NCBI RefSeq assembly: GCF_009914755.1
Contig: NC_060927.1
Origin: the human T2T-CHM13v2.0 reference genome, Homo sapiens
Reading direction: 5' to 3' (one strand)
DNA: 64,000 nt
Positions 51,440 to 64,000 of this stretch are shown here, one piece after another. The notes under the pieces are model-generated. The model was not told where the DNA came from. It was given only the letters and a program-made list of their open reading frames with translations, and searched no databases. A program made the translations under genes and the position numbers. Within the stretch, counting starts at the first letter, position 1. Each line of letters begins with the position of its first letter.

Positions 51440-52300
51440 TTATTATTGTAAGGCTCAATGTTACATGTTGAGTATGCAATAAGCAGCAAAACTGATTCAG
51501 TTCCTACCCTGATGAGCTTAAGTGTTTAATCAAGGAGGCAAACATTAATCACACATTTATATTAATACATAATCATAAATTGTATTTTGAGAACAAATTC
51601 TGGTATCTATAAAAGTATTTATAAAATGAATCTGGTATAGTCTGAGGAGATTAGAGAAGGCTTCTAAAAAAAGTGTTTTTAAACTGCAGATCTAAAGAAT
51701 GCATTAAGTAAAATAAAACTAGAATTTAATATGTGAATAAATGCAGATTAAAAGAAAAATATAACTACCCAAAATTAGAGTACCTTAATGTAAAAATGAT
51801 TTATAGTTTCTATAATAAAATAAGACACATAGGAGTATAAAAACATTTGTGTGTCACTTATTCTGGCTTTAGTAAGCTAGAGTATGTTCTCATAGAATTT
51901 TCCATCTAAGCTCACACAGGAAAGCTAAGTTCATATTAATCATGAAACAATAAGGAAATCTTACGTTTTGACAGAGGAAATTAAAATAAAAAAACATGAC
52001 AGTTAAGATATTTTAAAATGATTTAGACAAAGATAATGGATAGCTATCCAAGGGTTTTAATCAGAGAGCTGCCACTATTAGCTTAGCATTTTACAGATGA
52101 CTGAACTCAAAGCAGTGAAAGATTTGGAGAGGAAAATACTATAATCAAGATGTGACTGTTCCAGGAATGGGAGTGAATAATCAAAATTCCAGGGAGTATT
52201 GTAAAGAGAGGCTGTTTGAGGGATTTTAGAAGACGGATATGTCAGGACCTTTCATTTGATTGAATCTAAGGCTTAGGGGAGAAGGAAGTGAGTATAGGAC
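51440..52300 (-). mobile_element. L2 fragments
   Basis: cagttcctaccctgatgagcttaa...gaggagattagagaaggcttc...aagggttttaatcagagag. Confidence 0.55.
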
Positions 52301-53040
52301 GTAAGGGTAGAAAACAGCAAACTTGTCATCTAAGAGAGATTATAATTTGACACTGATGATGTCTATTTCTAATAAGACTGAAGTTTAAAACATGGGCTAT
52401 GTAACCGTTGGTTGTCATTGTGCTGAAATAAGTTCAGAGTTCACAAGAATGAAATGAAATGAGTTCAGACGAATGAAACAACTAAGAGGTTAATTTACAT
52501 AAAATTAATCAAAGTGGATGTTGAAGTTGCCAACCTGGATAGGCATTGGAAAGATATAGTAGGTAGAATGACATTAAGAAAGCTTAGAGTGTAAAGCTTG
52601 TAATATCAGATGTGGGTGATAGAGATTGGAGAATGCATGAAATATTCATTAGTTAGAAGAATGACCTCAGACATTATGTTAGTTTCATTTCTAGTTACTC
52701 ATGTTTTCTTTTAATTTTATTTTTACATGTACATGCTGCCACTTTTGTTTTGATATTAGTATAAAGAAAAAACGTGCGAGCCACAAAAGTAAATCACAAC
52801 AGTGCAAGAAAGTAAGTCATTTGGGAAGTAGGATTAGCTTCAATGACAATATATTTACCTAAACGGTAAAATTTAACTTATATGAATACAGCAAACTCCA
52901 TTGTAAAATAGAGAATTCAGTACAACCACGAAAAAAAGAATCTTTGTGTGTTATCTGGAGAAAGTAAATGGACAGGATTGACAAAAATGTTCCTCACTAT
53001 GCTTATAAGAGATTTTTACTAAAGAAGTCAAAAAATATGG

Positions 53041-53345
53041 TTTTTGTTTTGTTTTGTTTTGAGATGGAATCTCGCTCTATCAGTCAGGCTGGAGTGCTGT
53101 GGCGGCTATCTCGACTCACTGCAACCTCCGCCTCCCAGGTTCAAGCAATTCTCTGCCCCAGCCTCCCGAGTAGCTGGGACTACAGGCGCCCACCACCACG
53201 CCTGGCTAATTTTTTGTATTTTTTTAGTAGAGACAGGGTTTCACCGTCTTGGCCAAGCTGGTCTTGAACTCCTGACCTCAGGTGATCCACCTGCCTCGGC
53301 CTCCCAAAGTGCTGGGATTACAGGCATGAGCCACCGCACCCGGCC
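53041..53345 (-). mobile_element. AluSx-like
   Basis: (TTTTG)n tail plus a full dimer with cctgacctcaggtgatcc. aaatatg occurs on both flanks. Confidence 0.96.
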
Positions 53346-55052
53346 AAATATGTCAGTTTTAATTAAAAGCTGCTACATGCAAGAAACTTGGACTTTAAAA
53401 TGACATAGAAAAGCAAAGGGCAATCATGACAATATTCTAAATCAGTCCTAACTCATGACCTAACTCATGACTGAGCATATTGGAGGAAGAGAAACTATTG
53501 GAAAGTTATTTTATCTTTTTTCAATGTTTAAATAAAAGTGTACCTTTATAGAAAAGATACATTCTTTCCTGAAAGAATATTTCTGGAATTAAAAAATCAG
53601 AAAGTACTATTTGATTTGCTTACTGGGTCTTGTACAAATCATATTAGGATAAACAATCCAGGAAAAAAGTTTCCTGAGTATATAAGAGGCTAAGGATACA
53701 GTGACATCTACAGCAGCAACAGTTATAAGTGATATCCATCATAAACCAAATACATCATTTCACCTTCAGCCTGGAGAGCAGGAGCCTAGCTGCCACATCT
53801 GTGTGTGTATGTCATCTAAATGATGAGAGATGAATCATTCAAATCCGCTTTGCTTTAACGAAAATAGAGAAACCTGCTGTAGCAAGCTCAGAAAAAAAAT
53901 GATTGTCCCATATTTGAATGATGTATAAAATGTAGATTGTATAAAACTGTTTCCTTTGCGAGGACATGGAGAAACTTCTGCATGTAGAGAATGATTTTGG
54001 AGTATTGTGTCTCAAAACAAATCAGAACTGTGGGCCCATATATTTCTTCTCCAGCTCAATCTTCTTAAAAAAAATAATCAAGGCAAAGAAAATAAGTAAG
54101 AAAAGGAAAAGATTGAAATGTCATCTGAAGTCTTTTTCTCCCCTGGCAAGTAAATCTCTATATCATTTCCTATACATGACTCATTAACTTCCACCTCTGT
54201 GTCTTGCACATGCCATTACCTTCTGTCTGCTCGCTGAATAGCTATCTACCTCTTTCCTCAAATCAGATTATTTCCCAATTACCTTCAAGAGCTAGGCTAG
54301 CAGTCACCTTTTTCAAAAAGCATCTCTACTTTCATTGCTGGATCCAGGCTAGGGTCAAACAGGTATTAGCAGCTAGTATTTCTAGTGATTGTTGAAGTTA
54401 TGTAAAACAGGTTGGGAAAGGCAGTTTGTATAAGGTATAATTGAATCAGGCAAGACATGCAACACTTCATAAACCAGAGGTATTCAAACTAAGAGAGGCA
54501 AAGTTCAAGTACAGAAAATATAATAAGGCTTTACAAAGACTTTGGTTCTCTGAGTCAGAGATGGCAAAACTACCTGTGCCAGCTCTGTAAAAGGCACATG
54601 AAATTGACCATTCTCAGTTTAAATTAAGGAATTCTATTCTCTGCTTTCAACCAATATTTCCCAAACTTGGTCCATTGTTTTGTAAATAAGCTTTTACTAG
54701 TTTGCAAATAAAACATTGTGAAAAAACACACATAATGTGAATAATTGTGTCTATGACATTTAATTCAAGTTAAAAGACTATCATGTGTTTGGATATTATG
54801 TCCTTCCTACATTTTTGGTAATAATAAATAATAAATGGAACTTATTTTGTTTGTTTTTATGTCTTTATTCTGCAAATTAAATATTAGAAACCATAGGCTA
54901 ATTACTATTTTTTTTCTCTTGGTCTATAAAAATCAGAAGGCTTTATTGCTACTTGGTTGCCCTCTAGGTAAAATTCTCCTTTGGATAGGATATATCATAG
55001 AATTTTATAATTATGAAAAATCTGCTCCATTCCTCAAAAGACTTTAATCTTT

Positions 55053-56110
55053 GTTCATTTCTTCAACAAATATTAAGTCTCACTGTATACCAGCCACTAT
55101 GCTACTTACCTATGATATATGTTAAAAAGCCAGACATATTTATTTTGTTAGTGGAGCTTGAATTCTACTTCAGAGATGCAGACGAGCAAATAATTTAATC
55201 AATTTATATACACATATACACAAAACATACAGTATATGCATAACATTAAAATTCTGTACAATTATGTTATTGTCACTGTGAAGGTATTTATATTTGGATG
55301 ATCATGAAAAGTCTGATATAGTAACATTTTAGCTCAGATCTGATTGACAGGTATAAGCCAGCTTTAACAAAAGCCTCTTTTAAGAAGATGCAAGAGCAGC
55401 TGTCAAAAAGGCTCAAAGGTATATTTTAAGTAGGATGACTGATGCTCCCTGGAGTTGTGCAGTGCAGCAGGACTGTTCATTAACAGAAAGAAGGATGTTT
55501 TGCTGAAATATATTGATCAAGACTAAGAAAAAGAAGTAGGTAATGGCCAGATAGATAGCAAGTATGTGAACACATTTATTAGCAAAGGGATAAGCTTGGA
55601 TTTATTTTAAATACTATGAAGAAACACTGAAATGTTTTAAGTAGGAAAATTACAAATTCATATTTACATTTTCAAAAATTACTCTGGTTTGATTCTGGAA
55701 AATGGATTATGAAGAAATACGAATAGAAGCAAAAGGCCAGGTAAAGAAACTTGCATTGGTCTATAAGGGCCATTTTAGACAAAGATAGTGGTCGGAAAAG
55801 AAGAGACATAGGTTTCTACATGTCATATTTTGGAATCACCATTCATGGAAATTAGTGATGGTTATAGGTGGGAAGTAAAGCAAAAAGTGACTCAAGGGTA
55901 ACTCAGATTCTTGGCTTGAGCAACTGGGTATAGCAGTATCTGTTTTAAGATAGGAGCAACTTGGAAGGGAGCAAGTGCGGAGGGAAAATATCAGATGTTC
56001 TCTTTTGGCAAAGTCAAATTTGAGGATACGTTATGTAAAGAGGTGGCTATATGACTCTGCAGTTCAGAAAGCGCATCAGTGTTGGAGACAAAGATTTTCA
56101 GGCAGTCACT
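55053..56110 (-). mobile_element. L2 3' region
   Basis: Starts ttcatttcttcaacaaatatt (reverse complement of the L2 3' terminus). Contains tggagcttgaattcta and ttggcttgagcaactgggta. Confidence 0.75.
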
Positions 56111-56555
56111 GAAGTAAAAAAAATTATATTTAGTTCATGCATAGATTACACAAGTTAATTCTCACACTAAGTGTTTGATATATTTGCTTTTTAAATCTCC
56201 ATTTTACCGAGAAGAAAAAAATTGAGGTACAGTAATCTGTGCCCTGTCACAGAAATAATAAATAAGAAAGAGTTTGTGCTCATGCAGTATAATTCTAAAC
56301 TCTTAAGAAGGATGTTACATTTATTAATAATATGCTGGCTTGTACTTATTTCATAACCATGTCATAAAATGATGGATGCCCTTAACTGATGAAGTTTAAA
56401 TTCTACTTGAACACAATTGGATTTGGTTAAAAAGTATATAACTGATGTGAGCATTAAAATAGGCTTACATGTATGTTCTGTGGACTGGGATTACACATTA
56501 TATCCTCCATGTTGTCTGTTATGGTGAAGCTGAGCTCCTGAACATCACTTTATAG

Positions 56556-56756
56556 CAGCAGTTCTTAACTGAGACAATGTAGTCCACCCAAAGGACATTT
56601 GTCAATAAATAGAGACATTTTTGGCTGTCTCATCTGAGAGGGACAGGGGACTGTTATGGCCAGATATGCTTCTCAACATTCTAATATGAACAAGACAGCC
56701 CTCACAATAAAGAATTATCTGGTGCAAAATATCAATACTGAGATTGACAAACTCAG
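56556..56756 (+). mobile_element. MER20 (hAT-Charlie)
   Basis: cagcagttcttaac...ggacatttgtcaat...gagacatttttgg...aaagaattatctgg. 8-bp TSD ctttatag/ctttataa. Confidence 0.88.
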
Positions 56757-57620
56757 CTTTATAAACATGCACATGGAAAGAAAAAAAATTCTGTGACAGT
56801 TTCTTTTTGAAAATCTAGATGGTGTCTGTGTCATGAATACAGCTTACAGTAAAGATTTGCTATTCTTTCTGGTTGCCTAGTAAATGAACACCTTTTCTGT
56901 CTTTGGGAAAATCCTTACATTATGATTCTCAGTGAGACAGCATCCACTTATTGGAGCTTAAAAATGTTGATTATTCCTTTTTTTTTTTTTTTTTTGCAGT
57001 TGGTACATGGTTATGTGGCATGGGCTCAACAGCAACAATAAAATAATCCACCCAGTCCTTAAGTTAAAAGTTGGAGATGAAAACAAGTGAGATGGCTAAA
57101 ATCTGCCTCTGGCAACAACTACAGGAAGGCAAGTTTCCTGGAGTGATGAGGCACAGTGATAATGGATGATCCTGTTGGCCATTCAAGCTATTTGCTGCTT
57201 GGCAGCTGCGTTGTGATTTGGAAGGTGGTCCCTGGATACACAACCTGGTGCTATGACCCATCAGAAATTATGAAAGTTGCCCAGTATTCCTTAATAAAGT
57301 TGTATCCAATTTTAACTAGCAAAAATGGGATTCAGTTGATTTTAAACCAAACAAATTTTTGATGAGCTGTTTTTTAATTTTGATGTCTTCATAGGTATAT
57401 CTTGTGACTACTACTGTCTTGAAAACATACAGATCAGTGTATACATTCAATTAGGTTTTCCTTTAATTATATACAAAAGCATAAAAAATACTACTTTTTT
57501 TTAAACAGCAAATGAAATTTAGAAGTGTTCTCTATGTGCCCCTATACATTTGTCCCACCTGTCTCCAGAGGCAACCACTGTTCTGAATGTTTATGAAACA
57601 GAGGCCCTGTGAGGGGGGGG

Positions 57621-57623
<3 letters not shown>

Positions 57624-57688
<65 letters not shown>

Positions 57689-57742
57689 CACACACACATA
57701 CACACAGACACATATATATGTGTGTGTATAGTGTATATATAA
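57624..57742. repeat. (TA)n-(CA)n-(TG)n compound microsatellite
   Basis: A long pure TA run followed by CA and TG runs. Confidence 0.97.
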
Positions 57743-58089
57743 ACACAATATGTATACTGATTTTTAGTATATCTGGAAAATGTATTCATGACTTTTAAAA
57801 GTTATTGAGAGAAACAAGGCTTCCTGACTGCCACTGATAATGAAAATGAATTTAGATATCACAGCTATATTCTATTTCCAAGCACTGATATTCATTTGAT
57901 TCTCAAATGCAAAATTTTCAAGCACAATTCAGAATTCATAAGATAGAATCTCTTTGATTGGTAACTGACATTTTAAACAAGTTCTGGAGATAGTTGTTAC
58001 ACATTCTTAAAATTGGAAAAGCTCTATTCTCTCATCTGCCATGGTATTCAAAACAATACCACTACTCATGGAGACTTAAAAGCAGTCTT

Positions 58090-58369
58090 GGCCTGTAATC
58101 CCAGCACTTTGGGAGGCCAAGGCAGGTGGATCATGAGGTCAGGAATTCGAGACCAGCTTGGTCAAGATGGCAAAACCCTGTCTCTACTAAAAAAAAAAAT
58201 ACAAAAAATTAGCCAGGCGTGGTGGCAGGCACCTGTAAACCCAGCTACTCGGGAGGCTGAGGCAGAGAATTGCTTGAACCCAGGAGGTGGAGGTTGCAGT
58301 GAGCCAAGATCACACCAGCCTGGGCGACAGAGGAGACTCTGTCTTCAAAAAGAAAAAAAAAAAAAAAAA
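58090..58369 (+). mobile_element. AluS with small internal deletions
   Basis: ggcctgtaatcccagcactttggg...poly-A. Confidence 0.95.
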
Positions 58370-60139
58370 GACAAGAATCTCAAGAAGAACAGTCTTCTTA
58401 ACACATGCTCTAGGATTTGAATTGCTGAACAGTATTAGGGTATTTTATCTGCCCCAAATAACCTTTGTTAGCTATATGTATTCTAAAAAGTGACTTTTAA
58501 CTTTGATGACTTTTTTAATTAAGAAAGACAATTTTGATACAATGAACTTTGCCAATCATTTTCTCCATGTTTTGCATATTTGGCTATTTTATAAACATTC
58601 TTCTCTACCTGATGATCTTTATTTTTTTATATTTTTTACTGTAAATAATTTACTCTCTTCACATTTAAGTTTTGCATATATCTGAAACTAATTTTTTAAT
58701 ATGCTATCATTTGGGCATTTAATTTTATCTTAGTATTATCATACATCTATTATCATTTTTGGCATTTATGTAGAATTTATATTTCACCCAACGTTTCTCA
58801 AACTGTAGATGGTGACTGATATAATATTCTTCCGATTAATAGGTGATATGGAATTTACTGATTTTCCATTAACTTAGATCAAATCCTGTTTTTAGCGTAA
58901 AACCGAATTAAGTATCATATCTCTTGCTTCCATGAAACTGAACTATGATTAAACTAATGAAGCTGATTTTCTATAATCTCCAAAATTCAAGTCTCTTACA
59001 ACAGTTTGCTCACAATGTTCTCTCACTAACTGACACACTTTGATCTAATTGGCACTTCAGTCATTTAACTCATCTCCATTGTTCTGGTCAATATTCCTAC
59101 TTCTAATTGTTATTTTCTTCATGATCAAATCTAAATTACGTAGTCTGCAAAATCAAGTAATCAAAATTACATCCCCCATATTCCAGTGTACCCTGCAAGT
59201 ATCTCTTCCAGATTATTCTACCTATCTTCCCTGCTCCTATAACATTCTAAGTAGTATGTGTTTGTGGAAGAAAATAAAAACTATGAGGCTCTGCATCACT
59301 GAAATTTGTCATTTTCAATATCTGAATTCTTAGTGCAAACTGTTTTAACCCATAACTTTTTTCCTGTTATTTTTACATATTAGAGGCTATCACTTAAAAT
59401 AAAAATCATAAGGCTAAAATTCCTGAAGATGTTATTCAGCTAAAACATTTCTTCTAAAACACAGACTCTCAATTAGTTTCTTTATTCCTGTCTAAGAAGA
59501 GGAAATTTTTCTTTGCTTTTGTTTTATTACTTTTTTTAGTGGATGTTAGCTCTTTTATCTATATCCTGGAACCCATCTTCTCATGTCTTTTCAGACAATA
59601 TAAATGTCTTTCTCTAGAGCAGTATATTTTAAATGTCAATATGCATACCTTCAGCTCTGTTGCAGAACCTACTAATGTACATTTTCAACAAGCCCATCGC
59701 CTGTGAAACTGCTGCAGGCAGCCTCATAGCTTCACACCCTTTGAGGATCACAGCTCCAGCGTAGTATTGTTAATCACACATTCTCTCTCTCTCTCCTATG
59801 CCACTTTCCTCTCAGATTTCTTTAAACATGTTTAAGCTTCTTTAACATTATAGAAAATTCTATCGATTTGTTTTTTTTGTTTTAAACATCAAAGTTCCCC
59901 TACCCTCCAAAAACGTAGTCTGCATTTTTTTTCTTCAACACTACCTCACATTAATTATTCACTATATTAGATCTGCCCTCATCTATCACAACTCCACTAA
60001 GACTGCTTTTGTTAGTAACTTCTAGTTATAAAATCCAAAGTCCTGTTCTTTAAATTTGCAATTTCTCTCAGCCATCTGCAGTGAGGTTCTTCTCCCTTAT
60101 GTTGAATTGTCTTTTGTTCTAAACAATTTCCTTAGCTGA

Positions 60140-60358
60140 TTTTTTTTTTAATTTCCATAAGTTACTGGGGAACAGGTGGTGTTTGGTGCACCCATCACTG
60201 GAGCAGTATACGCTACACCCAATTTGTATTCTTTCATCCTTCACCCCCTTCCCATCCTCTCCCCATAAGTCCCCAACATCCACTGTGTCATTCTTATACC
60301 TTTGCATCCTCATAGCTTAGCTACCACTTATGAGTGAGAACACACCATGTTTGGCTTT
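60140..60358 (-). mobile_element. L1PB 3' end fragment
   Basis: tttaatttccataagttactggggaacaggtgg...gcatcctcatagcttagct...atgagtgagaac. Confidence 0.88.
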
Positions 60359-60882
60359 GTTTACATAAATATTATTTAGAAATTATTCATTCAGGAATAA
60401 AAATTTATCAACAATAAAGATGAGTATATTTGTGTGTGGGTGTGTGTATCTAGCATTTGACAAAGTTTCTGACAAGTTATATCACTTATAACAATATAAC
60501 ATTGAAAATAAAAATAGAAATGATAAATGCATGAAAGGCATATATGTGAATGAAAAACATTAGAATAAAATCTGTATCTTCCAAATTTTACTTAGAATTT
60601 CCAATTAATTTTACTAAGATAATTCTGAGAGTTTTCTTTTAACCTGAAAAATGTTAGTAAAATTAATAAAAAAGATAGTAATCTCAAAAATATTAATGAA
60701 AAATAGAATTTTTTATAAGTATTATAACATGCCATTACAAACCAGAGTAAATAAAATGATGACACAATACCAAGGATAATAGATCATGAGGAAAGCAAGA
60801 AAATAATCACTATTATGTATTATGTAATTTCTATCTTAAATTAATGAAGAAATATCTTTAAATATTTACTTTAGGTATCTAA

Positions 60883-61376
60883 GGTAGTAATCAGTGTTCT
60901 CCAAAGAAACATGACCCACAGAAAATACACAGAACTGAAAGGTAGATGATGGACAGATAGATAGAATGAGATTTATTTTATGAAATTGGCTCATGTGATT
61001 GTGGAGGTGATCATGGAGGTTAAGAAGTCCCATTATCTGCTCTTATATCTCCAAGTTGGAATCCCATGAAGACTGTTTGTATAGTTCAAAGGCCTGAGAG
61101 CCAGAAAGCAAATGGTACAGATTGCAGTCTAAAGGCCTGAGAAGAAAAATACCCGAAAGAAGGAGACTAATAACTCAGATGAAACAGTTAGGCAGAGTGG
61201 GAATTCAACCTCCCTCCACCTTTTTGTTATATTCAGGCCTTCAACTGATTGGGTAGTGTCTACCCAATTGTTTGAACAACCTGTGCTTTATACAGACACA
61301 CTAAGAAATAATGTTTAATTGTTCAACTAGGCATCTTGTGGCCCAACTAAGTAGACACATAAAACTAACCATCATA
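60883..61376 (-). mobile_element. MLT2C/B-like ERVL solo LTR
   Basis: gttctccaaagaaaca...aattggctcatgtgatt...ttcaggccttcaactgattgg...gacacataaaactaaccatca. Confidence 0.85.
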
Positions 61377-61996
61377 ATAGATTTTTAATTTTTAAAAGAG
61401 TTGCTAATATTCTATTATTCTCCTTCTTAAATTTATTTCATTGAAATCGTTAGGATTATAGGCAAAAGTTTACATTCAAAAATGGTAATTTTGGTATTAC
61501 ACGTAATTATAAAAATAGAATAAATTAACATTTCAACAATCTAGATATATAAAACTGTTATGTATCTTCATACAAACAATAAGCCAAATTATAAAACTGA
61601 ATAATTTTAAGTTTATTATTCTATTAATAAAAATACTCATTTTTATTTTTATTAATAGAATGTTTCACAGAAATTTTCTTCTAAATGCATCTGATTAAAA
61701 ATATTCAGTCAAAAAATACGATTTAAAAATCTCCTAAAATTTTACAAATACTCTAATGCAATTTACAAAAATGACAAAAGAAATTTTTAAAAATACAAAC
61801 TTTAAACACATTCAACAAATGTCACATTGCCTACGGTAATCTGTATGATTTTCATACTGTATATTTTTCTACTTTCCAAGTGTTTCATTATATTGTTTTA
61901 ACCAAAATAAATATTAATAGTTTATATTTACATTAAACCTCATAAAATTTTCCAAATATGATGCAAAATAACAATTAAATCAATTTTTATATATGC

Positions 61997-62114
61997 ATTT
62001 TTTTAAGAGACGTGGTCTTGCTATGTTGCCCAGGCTGAACTCAGAATTTCAGGCTCAAACCATCCCCTTGCCCCAGCCTCCGGAGTAGCTGAGACTACAG
62101 GTGCTCACCATCCC
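61997..62114 (-). mobile_element. FLAM / free Alu monomer
   Basis: Single arm: gagacgtggtcttgctatgttgcccaggctg...gtagctgagactacagg. Confidence 0.85.
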
Positions 62115-64000
62115 AATAAACTTTTATTTTACACACGATTATAATATTCAATATATTAAATGTTTTAATGGAATTTAATTATTTCATATTTACATAATAT
62201 TTTTAAATATAATAAAAACTGCCTTAGTAATATATACCATATTTTTAAAATATAATAGTGAGGCATCCTACAAATTCACACTGAGTAACTAATGCTAGAT
62301 GTAAAGAAAGATGAAATTTAAAATATCATTTGATTCCTAACACTTGAAAAATAAAGATGAAATAATTAACACTTTTCCCAATTTAATCCAATTTAATCTA
62401 AATACATTTAACAACTACCAAATACATCTGTTACAGATGACTTGAATCATATTGTATATTGTAGCCCTGATTTGGAATCTGAGACTTAACACTGTATATA
62501 TGACCACAGCATTGGAACCCAAAGGATAATCTCAAATAGTAATATTTAGATAGCTATGAGGTATAAATGCAAAGTGCACTGGGGATACTGATTTACTCTT
62601 ACAGCGGAAGTTTTTCTTTTTCACTCAGGCTTTTGGTGGATGGAAGCACAAGATGAAGATGAGAAATGTGCTACTTTTTAGGGGATGACAGCCTTATGCT
62701 AAATTATTTTCAGTTTTCACATTAGGCAAAAGATAAAAGTTGAAATTTTAAAAAGTTGAAAAACAATTCAATTTCAATAATTTACATAGACATAAGAACA
62801 GGTTGATTTACTCTTAAAAATAAAGATAATTGAATATTTTAAATGGCTGGGGGACTTGAAGATTGTCAATATTTTAAAATTGTCAATGCTCGGATTTTAG
62901 AAGTGTCTTTGATACCTGTACAATATTCATACTTTCATATAAAGCAAACGTTTCTCCAATAGTTTTTAAGTCTTTACTTTTAAAATATTAAATACCCTTT
63001 CCTATGCAGAAAGAGTGATTCTAAAGTGTAAGATAACTTATTAACTTTCAAAGTAAGTAAAAATAACACATAATTGCCTCAAGTATTAAAATATCAGTGT
63101 ATGACAAAGTTTACCTAGAGCTGAATTTTATGTCACAAAATCTTCTTAGGACATGTGTTACTATTTCTCTCATCTTTCCCAATGTTGAACTAAAATGCAT
63201 CCTTAAGGTTAATTGTAATTTTAAATAATTTATAGACCATATTACTAATTTTAAAAGAAGGTGATTAGAATGTCTACATGTCTCAATTGTTTGTTCTCTT
63301 ATTATTACCATAATTGATTTTATTTGAAGTCAGAAGAATAAAAAAATTTCTGTACCAAATTATATTGCTAGAAATTGAATGTAAACATTACAAAATGAAG
63401 GAAAAGAAAAATTAGCTACATCAACATAAAAAAAACTATAGGTGCCAGAAATATTTTTAAAAATCAACTTCTCAGTATCAACTGTATTTGGCATTCACAT
63501 CTCCTTTTTAATTCCAGAAAAATATTATTATAATATTCAAAACATTTACAGCCCTAGCATACAGCAGCTGCAACTACCATTCAAATAATTACACTGATTA
63601 TACTCATTAATTGCAACTGGGATGTAAAACAGATTTCATATTAATGCTATATTAAAATGAAAGAAATTAAAACAAAACGATGTTCTACAAGTATGATATT
63701 ATTTGGCAGAATGTAGGATTTAGGGCAGCATTGGCCAATTAAAACACCACGCTAGAGCCTGAATAAATTATTAAAGCAAAAGGTTACTTTCACACTTGAG
63801 TGGTATAAGTCAAAACAGGCATTTTGCTTCTTGGCCACCCTTGTAGCAAATGAAATGAAAAGCTAGACTATACAATAAAAGGTGACCATTTGTGCTCTTC
63901 TATTTTAAGTAATGAGTTTTGAGAAGACTTTTTGTCTCCTTGGTAGGCTAATTTCAGCTCCCTCCTCATTTCAGCAATACATATTTCACTTACCCTTGTA

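Noticed and set aside
57532-57789. YIYIYI/CVCVCV ORFs
   Set aside because: Translations of dinucleotide microsatellites.

Overview
This is AT-rich, CpG-depleted primate (human-like) DNA made almost entirely of decayed transposable elements. I find no intact protein-coding gene, RNA gene, CRISPR array or CpG island. The ORF track is explained by repeat remnants and chance ORFs. Main elements: an MST/THE1 MaLR provirus end (1-1683); a class III ERVL gag-pro-pol relic (~8.2-9.1 kb); a near full-length old L1PA15/16-like LINE (~9.3-15.5 kb); a two-LTR MLT1 provirus (~18.5-21.2 kb); a near full-length L1MA-like LINE (~25.5-32.35 kb) carrying an MLT2A LTR and a composite antisense insert; the 3' half of a HERV-K(HML-5)/LTR22 provirus (32355-37071, minus); and a MER57 ERV1 element (42.7-46.6 kb). 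Alus, MIR, L2 and DNA-transposon relics and microsatellites fill the rest. The most unusual structure is the composite insert at 27055-27976, which reads as an L1PA-mediated 3' transduction that placed an older L1MB fragment inside a younger L1MA. I see no convincing evidence of a new biological system. Subfamily names are recalled from consensus sequences, and boundaries of old elements are approximate.
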